Source of the DNA: Candidatus Amesbacteria bacterium RBG_19FT_COMBO_48_16
Lineage (GTDB): Bacteria > Patescibacteriota > Microgenomatia > CAZETR01 > Amesbacteraceae
Assembly: GCA_001775555.1 (NCBI GenBank)
Contig: MEXE01000042.1
Coordinates: 1-46,243 of the forward strand
Direction: 5' to 3'
Length of the DNA: 46,243 nt
Shown: positions 33,530 through 42,274 of the stretch, piece after piece
Numbering within the stretch: position 1 is the first letter of the stretch
Layout: every line of letters begins with the position of its first letter
The notes under the pieces: generated by a model
Databases searched by the model: none
What the model was told of the DNA's origin: nothing
Seen by the model: only the letters and a program-made list of their open reading frames with translations
Translations under genes and position numbers: made by a program

Positions 33530-34183
33530 ATGGATAAGAAACAAGAATTATTAGCGCTGAAGCAAAAACTCGAATCCAGAGGTGATACACCATTTGTTAA
33601 CTCACCCAAAGACATTGTTTTTGGAGATGGTAACCCAAACACAGAATTGATGTTTATAGGTGAGGCGGCTGGTTATTGGGAAACAGTAGAACGAAAACCT
33701 TTTGTAGGCCCAGCCGGAAAATTACTGGTAAAAACTCTTAAGGAAACATTGGGCCTAGACAGGGATCAAGTTTATATTTCAAATATTGTCAAAGCCCGAC
33801 CACCAAACAACCGTGACCCCCAACCAGATGAAATTGAGGCCTTCAGACCTTATCTGGACAAGGAGATTGAGATAATTCAGCCCAAAATCATTGCCACTCT
33901 CGGCCGCTTTAGCATGGCCAAGTTTATCCCCGACGTCTCAATTTCCCGCGTCCACGGCCAACCCCGCTTCTTCGAATTCTCGACTATAAACGACAAACTA
34001 ACTAACTACAAACCAATTATATTTCCCATGTATCATCCCGCCGCCGCCCTGCGTTCCGGGACGGTCCTTAACGATTTCATTCAGGACTTTAATAAATTAA
34101 AGACCCTTTTGAGCCAAAAATATGAAACTCCAATAACTGTTGTCGAAACTTTACAAAAACCCGCTCAGACAACATTATTCTAA
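33530..34183 (+). CDS. Uracil-DNA glycosylase, family 4
   Basis: GEAAGYWETVERKPFVGPAGKLL (motif A) and MYHPAAALR (motif B). Confidence 0.85.
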   Translation: MDKKQELLALKQKLESRGDTPFVNSPKDIVFGDGNPNTELMFIGEAAGYWETVERKPFVGPAGKLLVKTLKETLGLDRDQVYISNIVKARPPNNRDPQPDEIEAFRPYLDKEIEIIQPKIIATLGRFSMAKFIPDVSISRVHGQPRFFEFSTINDKLTNYKPIIFPMYHPAAALRSGTVLNDFIQDFNKLKTLLSQKYETPITVVETLQKPAQTTLF

Positions 34184-34200
34184 TAGATTAATATATCTAT

Positions 34201-35856
34201 ATGGGCCAGTTAAAAATCATTCCCCTCGGCGGTTTCGGTAACGTCAACACCAACATGTTTGTCTATGAACTGGACAACGATATTTTGTTGGTTGATTGTG
34301 GTATTGGCTTTCCATCCGAAGACATGCTAGGTGTAGATGTTCTGATTCCGGACATCTCCTACCTCAAAGACAAGCTTTCTAAAATCAGGGGTCTGGTCAT
34401 CACTCACGGTCACGAAGACCATATTGGCAGTTTACCCTACATTTTACCCAAACTTCCGGACGTTCCCGTATACGCTTCTCGGCTTCCGGCCGCTTTAATT
34501 ATCGATAAGTTGAGCGAGTACCAGAGTATACCCCAAAATATTCATGTTTTACCCCAGAGACAACCGCTGTATCTGGGTCAATTTACCATTGAATCCATTC
34601 ACGTGACTCATTCCATACCCGATTCCACTCATCTTTTAATTTCCACACCCGAGGGGACTGTTTATCATGGTAGTGACTTCAAATTTGATTTCACCCCAGT
34701 TTATAAAGACTTCTCCGATCTTCAAAGAATTGCCCAGGCAGGGAGCCAAGGAATAGATTTATTATTATCGGATTGCTTGGGAAGCGAGCGTAAGGGGTAC
34801 ACCCCGTCGGAAACCACCTTAGACGATACGTTTGACCGCGAACTCACAGACTGTCCGGGTAAGTTTATTGTTACTTCCATAGGGAGTAATATCAGCCGTT
34901 GGTATCAGGCCTCCAAAGCAGCCGTCCGTAACGGTCGTAAAATTGTCCTAGCCGGCAGAAGCGTAGATCGTAATCTGGCTGTAGCCAAGAAATTGGGCTA
35001 TTACGATATTCCCCAAAATTCGTTTGTACAGTTGCATCAGGCCAAAAGACTGCCTCCCAATAAAATTTGCGTTTTAGCCGCCGGTTCTCAAGGTCAGACC
35101 GGCTCTGCTCTGGAAAGAATAGCCTCTGGTGATCATCGTGACATCACTCTCCAGCCATATGACAAAGTGGTTTTTTCCTCCGATTACATTCCTGGCACTG
35201 AAGCGTCCGTTGCCACTGTTATTAACGAGTTATCCCGCAAACAAGCCACGGTTGTCTATACCGCCATCACTGACAATTTGCATGTTTCAGGCCATGGCAG
35301 TCAGCAGGATCTTCTCTTATTATTAAGCCTCACCCGGCCTAAATACGTCCTCCCGTTTGGGGGTAATTACAATCAAATGGTTCAATATTCACGACTAGCT
35401 AAGTCTATGGGTTACCCAACCCAAAAGATTTTTTTACCCATGACTAATCAGACAGTCATTGTCTCAAATAAACAAGCCAGTCTTGGTCCAACTGTTTCCA
35501 TCAGAAACATCATGGTTGACGGTTTAGGTATTGGTGACGTCGGAGAAGTTGTTTTGCGTGACCGGCAACAGTTAGCCGAAGAAGGAGTAGTAATTGCTGT
35601 TCTCGAGGCTGACCAAAACGATCTGTCCAGCTTGGTCAACTTCGAATTGGTCAGCCGGGGATTTGTCTTTGAAAAGTACAGCACTGATTTGTTAAGCCGA
35701 GCCTCCGACCGAGTCAAAAAAGCCATTGCCACCAAACGCGGGAAAATTGAATCGGACCGGCACCTCAAACAACTAGTCATCGATACCCTCGGCCGCTATT
35801 TGTTTGAACAGACCCACCGTCGCCCCATGATTCTCCCTGTTGTGGTGGAAGTGTAG
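34201..35856 (+). CDS. rnj: Ribonuclease J
   Basis: Metallo-beta-lactamase HGHEDHIGSLPY plus beta-CASP and C-terminal domains; 551 aa. Confidence 0.93.
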   Translation: MGQLKIIPLGGFGNVNTNMFVYELDNDILLVDCGIGFPSEDMLGVDVLIPDISYLKDKLSKIRGLVITHGHEDHIGSLPYILPKLPDVPVYASRLPAALIIDKLSEYQSIPQNIHVLPQRQPLYLGQFTIESIHVTHSIPDSTHLLISTPEGTVYHGSDFKFDFTPVYKDFSDLQRIAQAGSQGIDLLLSDCLGSERKGYTPSETTLDDTFDRELTDCPGKFIVTSIGSNISRWYQASKAAVRNGRKIVLAGRSVDRNLAVAKKLGYYDIPQNSFVQLHQAKRLPPNKICVLAAGSQGQTGSALERIASGDHRDITLQPYDKVVFSSDYIPGTEASVATVINELSRKQATVVYTAITDNLHVSGHGSQQDLLLLLSLTRPKYVLPFGGNYNQMVQYSRLAKSMGYPTQKIFLPMTNQTVIVSNKQASLGPTVSIRNIMVDGLGIGDVGEVVLRDRQQLAEEGVVIAVLEADQNDLSSLVNFELVSRGFVFEKYSTDLLSRASDRVKKAIATKRGKIESDRHLKQLVIDTLGRYLFEQTHRRPMILPVVVEV

Positions 35857-38800
35857 ATATACCAAACTCACCAAACATCCAACCCTCTTCTCCGTCAAAC
35901 TTGATAAGGAGCCAGCCGTCTTGTTCTTTAAGAAGTTGGAAAGTTTGGCCGACCTGGACCTTCGCGACTACCTCGGCGCTTTTCATAGGTGTACGGCGGA
36001 CTAGTATCCAGTCATTTTTGTTGCCGACCACTTCAACCAACGGCTTTTTGAGTAGCTGACCCTCGGTGCTGGTCCCTTTGACTTGCGCACTCTTGTTAGA
36101 CGGGGTAGTCAGGGTGTAATAGGCGTCATAGACATAATTTTTGTTTTGGCTCATGACTTCAAAAAAGTAAGTTTTGCCAGCTTCTAAATTAGTTAGCTCC
36201 ATTCTGTGTTCTTTTACCCGCTCACTCGATTGGACTTTACTGCCATACGACGTATCAAAACCATAGTTGACTGCTGAAGTGGCATGATGGTTGGTCAGCC
36301 AATGGATGACGGCGGAAGTAGGGGTCACAGCCTCTACCTTTACCAAGAGAATCTTTGTCGGTTCTTTGTCAAACCATACTTCTTTGTAAATTTCAACGGT
36401 TAGTTGTGTTTTAGCCACTAAACGGTCTGCTTTTTGAGTAATACTGTCTGTTACTCTAGCCAATGGATTTGTAATTTTTCCCATCGCCAAAGCTGTGTTT
36501 TGAGCAAGAGCAGTGGTTATTATTCCCACACTGTTTGCCGCGCTGGCAATTACTGATCCTGTTTTTTGCAGGGTATTGGTTATGGCTTTTGCTACAAAGT
36601 TGGCTGTATTTCCAATTCCGGTCAAAATTATCTTGGCTACCCCCGGCGCATTATTAGCTAAACGGTTATATCCCTCGCCAATAGATTTGGCAGTGTTACC
36701 GATGCCTTGTCCGACTGCTACTAATAATGTTTGGGTTGTCTTTCCGAAAGCAGTAAGTATTTGGCCAACTCCTCGCCCCACAAAGGCTAGGCTTTGGGTA
36801 ACCGCATAAGCGGCTCGACCAATAATTGTTTTTGTGAAAGCATCGGTTTTTTGATTGGTTCCAATAACGAATGCCTGGTACCTACTCCAGGCGGTTGCCA
36901 GTGAATTCGTGGTGGTCTTGCCCGTATCGACCAATCCCCACCAAAGATTAGCTAAAGTTTCGGCGATCTTTGAACCAACAACTTCCAGGACATTCGGTTT
37001 TTCAACCGCCGTAGGTTTAGTGATTTCCAGTTCTTCTTTGACTTTTTCTTTTTGCTCCGGTGCTAGCGGTTTGGTTTCTTCCTCAATTATTTTCTTTTCT
37101 TCGGGTGTGGTTATTTGAGCCAGAGTAGTGACATTTAACGTTAGCGTTGTTTCGCTTGAAGGGTTATCCGCTTTATCTTTTCCGGTTAATGTAATTTTGT
37201 ATGTCCCGTAATCTAAGGTATCTTTGGATGTGTATTCAAAAGTCAAATATTTGTCGCATTTCTGTTTTGAATTATCAGCAACCTCTTTACCGTCACAACT
37301 CCACCAAGGTTTATCCATGTTGATGGTGTAGAGGGTTATCAGTTTGTACCCTAGTCCTTCTTTCTTCTCAACTTTTATCTCAACTTGCTTGGGACCGGAA
37401 GCAATTTTTGGTCCATTTTCATCCTGGGTCTGAGTAGAATCCCCACCGGCAAGTGAATCAGTGATTTTGCCAAAGATAGTCGGGGTTTTATCGGTTGTAG
37501 AAAAATTAGTTGAAGAAAAAGGAATATCGTTAATTTGGGTCAGTTCTACTTTTGGACTGTTTCTGTCTACAAACAAAGTTCTTGAACTTGACGTTTCATT
37601 CCCTGCATTATCAACTGCCCTTACCTTCCAAGAAACTCTCCCTTCCCGCAGTTTCCCGTCATTTTGGCCGGAGTTACTGTCAGAGCTCCATTCACTCGAA
37701 GACTTGGTATAAACAGAAATGTAGTTATTGGTCGAATCGGAATCGGAAAAGTTCTCGTAATGAATGAGGTATTTATTTGTTTCGTAGTCGGTGGTTCTTG
37801 AAGTGGGAATGTCGTCAATGGTGAAGTCACCGCTGGCTTGCCCTGAGCCTGCCGAAGGGTTATCTATTTCCAAAACATACTTTGAAAGTCCGGCGGTGGC
37901 ATCAGTTGTAGCCTTCCATCTAAAAGTAGGTCTTTCTGAATTTGTATAAGTATCTCCTCCCGGCGAATCTAAGTCAAATGAGGCAGGAGCAGTGGTATCA
38001 ACAGTAAAAGTATCAGAAGCGTTAGTTGAGGTATTAGAAGCATTATCCGTAGCTCTGACGTAAACCGTATGTTCCCCATCGCTTAAGCTTGAAAGCTGAC
38101 AAGTGAAAGCCTCTTCTGCTTCATCAAAGTTTGAGTCATCTGCACTACAGCTGGTCCATGACCCTGAAGTTGCATCCACCTGGAATTCCACTGTTGAAAT
38201 GGTGCCTCCGGTATCAGTGGCTGTGCCGGATATGACGGGTGTGGAGTCGGTGGTGGGATCAGGTGAAACTGCGGTTAGGCTAACACTCGGTACTCCCGCA
38301 TCCACGCTAAATGAATCTGTCCCGTAATCAACCTCTGCCGTGGTGTTGGCGGCTTCATCCGTTGCCCGCACATAAACAGTATGGCTGCCGTCTGCCAACG
38401 CTTCAGTTGTACAGGAAAAGTCTTCTTCCGTCTCATCGATTGTTCCGTCTGTTGCAGTACAATCAGTCCAGCTGCCTGCAACGGAATCTACTTGAAATTC
38501 AATGTCTGTCAAAATGGTGGTCCCGCCATTGGCCGTTCCCGTAAATGCTGGTGTATTGTCAGATGTGGGATCAGGAGTCAAAGCGGTCACACTGACACTC
38601 GGAGCCGTGGTATCCACTGTCACACTGCCTTCGCTTTCACTGCCCAGATTAGTGGCATTGTCAACGGCTTTGACAAAAAACGAATAGATGCCTTCTGCCA
38701 GATTGGTGGTGGCGGTAAGAAGTGCAGTCGTTCCTGAGGCCACCTGGGTTAAAGCTGCATCAAGAACTCTCCAGGCATAAGAGGCCACACCCGAAAGTGC

Positions 38801-41800
38801 ATCAGTGGCAGCAGACCAGACCCAGACTTGGGTGGTGGAGTTGGTAGGAGTATCAGTTGTAGGAGTTCCCGGAAGTCCAGGTGCTGTGGTGTCAACGGTA
38901 AAGGTATCACTGCTCTCGCTTCCACCGGCTGTAGTATTGCCGTTTGAATCAGTGGCCCGCACATAAATAGTATGTTCCGCATCAGACAGGGCAGAGGTGG
39001 TGCAAGTGAAAGCCTCTTCTGCTTCATCAAAGGTGGCATCATCAGCCGTACAGGCTGTCCAGCTGGCTCCGGAGCAATCACCTCCTGCACAGTCCATGGT
39101 AAATTCAACAGTTGATACTGTGCCGATGGCTTCTGTTGCTGTTCCGGTTAAATTCGGAGTATTATCATTATTCGGATCTGGTGATAAAGCAGTTAAAGAA
39201 ATACTTGGGGCAGTGTTGTCAAAAACAATGCTACTGAATGTGGCATCTCCCTGGTTGCCTCCTGATGTGTCACTTCCAAAGTAGACGGTGTTGGGAGCTG
39301 TGCCAAATGCAGATGGGATTGAGGATAAAGTAATTCTAGTAGTTCCTCCCACCTTAAAGGTCATGGTTGAGCTACCGGTGTATGCCACTTCTGCTGCATA
39401 TTCGGTATTGGCAGCAATTGCACTGGTGGCATCCCACGTCCCTGTTCCAGTGGTTCCTGCCATTGAATAATCCATCTTTACATTATTGGCTGAATCCCAA
39501 TAGACTTTGATGTAATCATCCGCATCACCATTGAAAGAGATAACGTAGGCATCATCGCTCGTTGTCTCGGCAAACTTGACGCTATCTGCTCCAGCATGAC
39601 GGGGACGGAAATTAAACGACACAAACCCAGACGTGGTCCCGATTGATGAAGCGGAACTTTGCACATACGTATCCCTCCCATCCACCCGAATCTCATCCGT
39701 ATTTTCAGTCGAATTGGCCTCCGAAGCTGGGGTGACTGTAAGAGAAACATCTGTGAGTTGAAATTGATACACATCATCAACAAATCGATTTCCAGTCGCC
39801 GAGGATTTTGGATTTATACTAATCCTTTCTGCCGCAGTACTTTGAGTACGGTAAATGGCATAAAGGGGGTTCCAAGAAGCAAGTATTGATGAATTTACTT
39901 GATCGTTTGACGTTTCATTTTGAAGAATAAATTGAGCACCTGCCCCTTCGAGCCTGAATCCAACTCCGCCATCACCATACGTATATAAACCTGTCGAGTA
40001 AAATTTACTTCCAGTAACTGTTCTGCTTGGGTTTTCCCATACCACTTCATTGGCCGCTCCTGTATTAAACTGGATTGAACTCGAACCACTGTGAACAATT
40101 GTAAGACTCTGGCTACTATCGCCTGCATCAAGGTTACCTCCAGCCCAACCATCAGGAATCCACGGATCTCCGGAACCTGTTTCCATTGATGGTTTGTTGA
40201 CTAAGTTACTCAGCACCTCCACCTGGTGCCAGTAGGCGGTGCCTGAAGCTTGGGTATTCACCAGCTTCACTCTGAGCGTAGTCGAAGAGGCCGGGGCTTC
40301 ACCGGTGAAGATAAAAACATTTGGTGCGGCGCGGGTGCTGGTCGTTGTACCGGTAAGAGAACCTATTTCGGCCCCGTTGGTCTGGTCATAAAGAATGACT
40401 TTGGGAATACTTGTGCCATCCGAGTGGGCAATGGCTCTTATCACCCAATCATCTCCTGCGGTTACAGTTTTGTCATAATAGATCCCCTGATTCGCCGCAG
40501 ATGAGGTAGTCTTATACCCTCCTGCAAATATTTTTTCAGAAGTGGAAAGTGCTGAAACTGTAGGAGGAGCTGTGTAGTTGACGACGAGTTTTGGACGATA
40601 GGCGGCGGTAGCGTTATCTGAAGATGCAATAGAGGTTCCACCATTACTCGGATCAAACAGTATTCCATAATTTGTGTTAGTTTCTCCAAACCATTCCTGA
40701 ACCCGGCTAGCTGTTAACTGTGTCGAATATTCTGTTCCGATAGGGTCAGTTTGATTTCCAGAAAAAGAACCAATAACATCAGATTCATAATCAGTACCAG
40801 CCGTCGACAATCCTGCAGATCCAGCCCAAGGTGTTTCATTACCAGGAGTTTGATCTTTATAGCTCCAACAACTATCCCCAGCTACACCTGTAGCATTATT
40901 TTTCGTTCCTTCAGGCCAATCTGCATTACCGGAGGCAACAGAATAGACACTGACAGTCCAGGCTCTATCAGTACCAGTATTGTTTCGATATGTATATAGT
41001 GTTGCGCTATTTAAAATAGCTGAAGCAGAAATATTACTTAAATCGAATTCAATAAGAGCTTTATCAAAAGAGGAAGTTAATAAAATATTATGTGTTCCAT
41101 AATTTCTAGTGATATCGTTACTATATGAATATAACCTTGTATCTTTCCCAGCTGTCTCATCTGGTTGTAAAGTCAAGCTTTGCGTATCACCATTTTCTGT
41201 TGCCCAACCATCCGAAGTATATGTCCCGTTCATCATGAACCCGCCAGTGTTGGTGGTGGAGGTATAGAGAAGATTTGATGCATGCGGATGTGTCCAGGCA
41301 TTGCCGGTGCCTGTCGCGAGCGCACCCGTTGAAGAATTAGTGGGAAGGGCAAACACCACATCCCAGCTTCCGGTAATCAAAGTCGGATCATTTCCGCTTC
41401 CGGAGTTGTAAATCTGATTTATCTCATCCCCATTGCCTACATCAATTCCATATGTGCCGTCAAAAAGTGGGCGGCGATATATGGTCAAGCCTTCGATAAC
41501 AGAATCGGATGCAAGCGATGTATTACTAGCACCAGCGTAAAAATTAGTATTTGTCGAGGGGGATGGGATAGTGGTGACACCATAAGTATGTGAATCGTTA
41601 ACTGAAAGTGAGAGGTAGTTAGTACCATTCAACGTGTTATCAATATCCCACCTGGCAATCACGTTGTATGTTGTGCCAGCAGTCCAGGTTGAAGCATCTA
41701 CATCAACTATCTGTCCTCCTACATTAAATCTTAGATTATTATTTGAAAATTTAAAAAGGGCTCCGCCGCTTGAACCCTGACGCCACAGGTAGTGATTTTT

Positions 41801-42274
41801 TCCGTCATTACCATTCCATTCCGGAGTAACCCACATCACAACCGATCCCTGATTCAAATCATAGACATTTTTAAATTCACTAGATAATGTTGTGCTTGAG
41901 GTGTATCTTAAATTGTCAGGTGTACCGGTTCCATCATAATTTCCTTGTACAATCGGTGCTCCCGCAAACGGTCCCGGCCCGTCTCTTTTGGCCATCCCGG
42001 CAGTGAACGTGACTGCGTATGCAGGAAGTACCGATGATAAGAAAAGGGAGAGGATGAGGAATAAGGATATGAAATTTCTCGTCGCTGCGCTCCTCGAAGA
42101 ATAAACAGGTATTATTGTTCGAACGAAGTGAGAACTACGAGCGGTCGGAAACAGACTTCTCGCTAGCGCTCGAAGAGTAATACCGGACAATATCGTTCGA
42201 ATGAAATGAGAACTAAAAGCCAACCGTCCAAAACTTCTCACCTTCGGTTCGAAGAATAGTAACTTTTTCAGCAT
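35777..42274 (-). CDS. Giant multidomain cell-surface protein (~2165-2175 aa): membrane anchor, LamG-like, DNRLRE-like, Ig-like repeats, G/A/T-rich segment, FN3, SH3b
   Basis: A single uninterrupted ORF. The hydrophobic anchor is NFISLFLILSLFLSSVLPAYA (~42015-42076). A concanavalin/LamG-like region spans ~41450-42010. A DTRLYS...ALIEFDL...YRPKLVVNY region resembling DNRLRE domains spans ~40575-41150. The segment ~39215-40575 was not assigned, although AYVISFNGDADDYIKVYW...MTFKVGG suggests a second LamG-like region. Three VDTTAP-delimited Ig-like modules plus an interposed module span ~37990-39215. A Lys/Glu linker, a G/A/T-rich segment (~36400-36985), an FN3 domain (~36110-36400) and an SH3b domain (~35860-36060) follow. 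The start is ATG 42274 or ATG 42304. No canonical start codon lies nearer the anchor. Confidence 0.85.
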   Translation of the reverse strand: MLKKLLFFEPKVRSFGRLAFSSHFIRTILSGITLRALARSLFPTARSSHFVRTIIPVYSSRSAATRNFISLFLILSLFLSSVLPAYAVTFTAGMAKRDGPGPFAGAPIVQGNYDGTGTPDNLRYTSSTTLSSEFKNVYDLNQGSVVMWVTPEWNGNDGKNHYLWRQGSSGGALFKFSNNNLRFNVGGQIVDVDASTWTAGTTYNVIARWDIDNTLNGTNYLSLSVNDSHTYGVTTIPSPSTNTNFYAGASNTSLASDSVIEGLTIYRRPLFDGTYGIDVGNGDEINQIYNSGSGNDPTLITGSWDVVFALPTNSSTGALATGTGNAWTHPHASNLLYTSTTNTGGFMMNGTYTSDGWATENGDTQSLTLQPDETAGKDTRLYSYSNDITRNYGTHNILLTSSFDKALIEFDLSNISASAILNSATLYTYRNNTGTDRAWTVSVYSVASGNADWPEGTKNNATGVAGDSCWSYKDQTPGNETPWAGSAGLSTAGTDYESDVIGSFSGNQTDPIGTEYSTQLTASRVQEWFGETNTNYGILFDPSNGGTSIASSDNATAAYRPKLVVNYTAPPTVSALSTSEKIFAGGYKTTSSAANQGIYYDKTVTAGDDWVIRAIAHSDGTSIPKVILYDQTNGAEIGSLTGTTTSTRAAPNVFIFTGEAPASSTTLRVKLVNTQASGTAYWHQVEVLSNLVNKPSMETGSGDPWIPDGWAGGNLDAGDSSQSLTIVHSGSSSIQFNTGAANEVVWENPSRTVTGSKFYSTGLYTYGDGGVGFRLEGAGAQFILQNETSNDQVNSSILASWNPLYAIYRTQSTAAERISINPKSSATGNRFVDDVYQFQLTDVSLTVTPASEANSTENTDEIRVDGRDTYVQSSASSIGTTSGFVSFNFRPRHAGADSVKFAETTSDDAYVISFNGDADDYIKVYWDSANNVKMDYSMAGTTGTGTWDATSAIAANTEYAAEVAYTGSSTMTFKVGGTTRITLSSIPSAFGTAPNTVYFGSDTSGGNQGDATFSSIVFDNTAPSISLTALSPDPNNDNTPNLTGTATEAIGTVSTVEFTMDCAGGDCSGASWTACTADDATFDEAEEAFTCTTSALSDAEHTIYVRATDSNGNTTAGGSESSDTFTVDTTAPGLPGTPTTDTPTNSTTQVWVWSAATDALSGVASYAWRVLDAALTQVASGTTALLTATTNLAEGIYSFFVKAVDNATNLGSESEGSVTVDTTAPSVSVTALTPDPTSDNTPAFTGTANGGTTILTDIEFQVDSVAGSWTDCTATDGTIDETEEDFSCTTEALADGSHTVYVRATDEAANTTAEVDYGTDSFSVDAGVPSVSLTAVSPDPTTDSTPVISGTATDTGGTISTVEFQVDATSGSWTSCSADDSNFDEAEEAFTCQLSSLSDGEHTVYVRATDNASNTSTNASDTFTVDTTAPASFDLDSPGGDTYTNSERPTFRWKATTDATAGLSKYVLEIDNPSAGSGQASGDFTIDDIPTSRTTDYETNKYLIHYENFSDSDSTNNYISVYTKSSSEWSSDSNSGQNDGKLREGRVSWKVRAVDNAGNETSSSRTLFVDRNSPKVELTQINDIPFSSTNFSTTDKTPTIFGKITDSLAGGDSTQTQDENGPKIASGPKQVEIKVEKKEGLGYKLITLYTINMDKPWWSCDGKEVADNSKQKCDKYLTFEYTSKDTLDYGTYKITLTGKDKADNPSSETTLTLNVTTLAQITTPEEKKIIEEETKPLAPEQKEKVKEELEITKPTAVEKPNVLEVVGSKIAETLANLWWGLVDTGKTTTNSLATAWSRYQAFVIGTNQKTDAFTKTIIGRAAYAVTQSLAFVGRGVGQILTAFGKTTQTLLVAVGQGIGNTAKSIGEGYNRLANNAPGVAKIILTGIGNTANFVAKAITNTLQKTGSVIASAANSVGIITTALAQNTALAMGKITNPLARVTDSITQKADRLVAKTQLTVEIYKEVWFDKEPTKILLVKVEAVTPTSAVIHWLTNHHATSAVNYGFDTSYGSKVQSSERVKEHRMELTNLEAGKTYFFEVMSQNKNYVYDAYYTLTTPSNKSAQVKGTSTEGQLLKKPLVEVVGNKNDWILVRRTPMKSAEVVAKVQVGQTFQLLKEQDGWLLIKFDGEEGWMFGEFGISTLPPQQGESWGDGGSVQTNSGRGYR
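37990..39215 (-). repeat. Intragenic tandem Ig-like modules (~100 aa each)
   Basis: Three paralogous modules of the form (V/I)S(L/V)TA(L/V)(S/T)PDP..D.TP...GTA......(S/T)..EF.(M/V)D...(A/G)SWT.C.A.D...DE.EE.F.C......L.D..HT.YVRATD, plus one interposed module (VWVWSAATDALSGVASYAWRV). Confidence 0.8.
42073..42265. repeat. ~80-bp tandem repeat, ~2.4 copies, at the 5' end of the giant gene
   Basis: The units start at 42073, 42155 and 42233 with A(T/C)TTCTC...(T/C)TCGAAGA(A/G)TA...(T/C)GTTCGAA(C/T)GAA(G/A)TGAGAACTA. On the minus strand they encode the repeated SSHF(I/V)RTI...RS peptide. Confidence 0.75.

Noticed and set aside
42073-42265. CRISPR array or tRNA-derived element, suggested by GTTCGAA motifs resembling a T-loop
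   Set aside because: The ~80-bp units are contiguous, without unique spacers, and lie inside an ORF. No cloverleaf can be drawn, and GGTTCGAATCC is not present.
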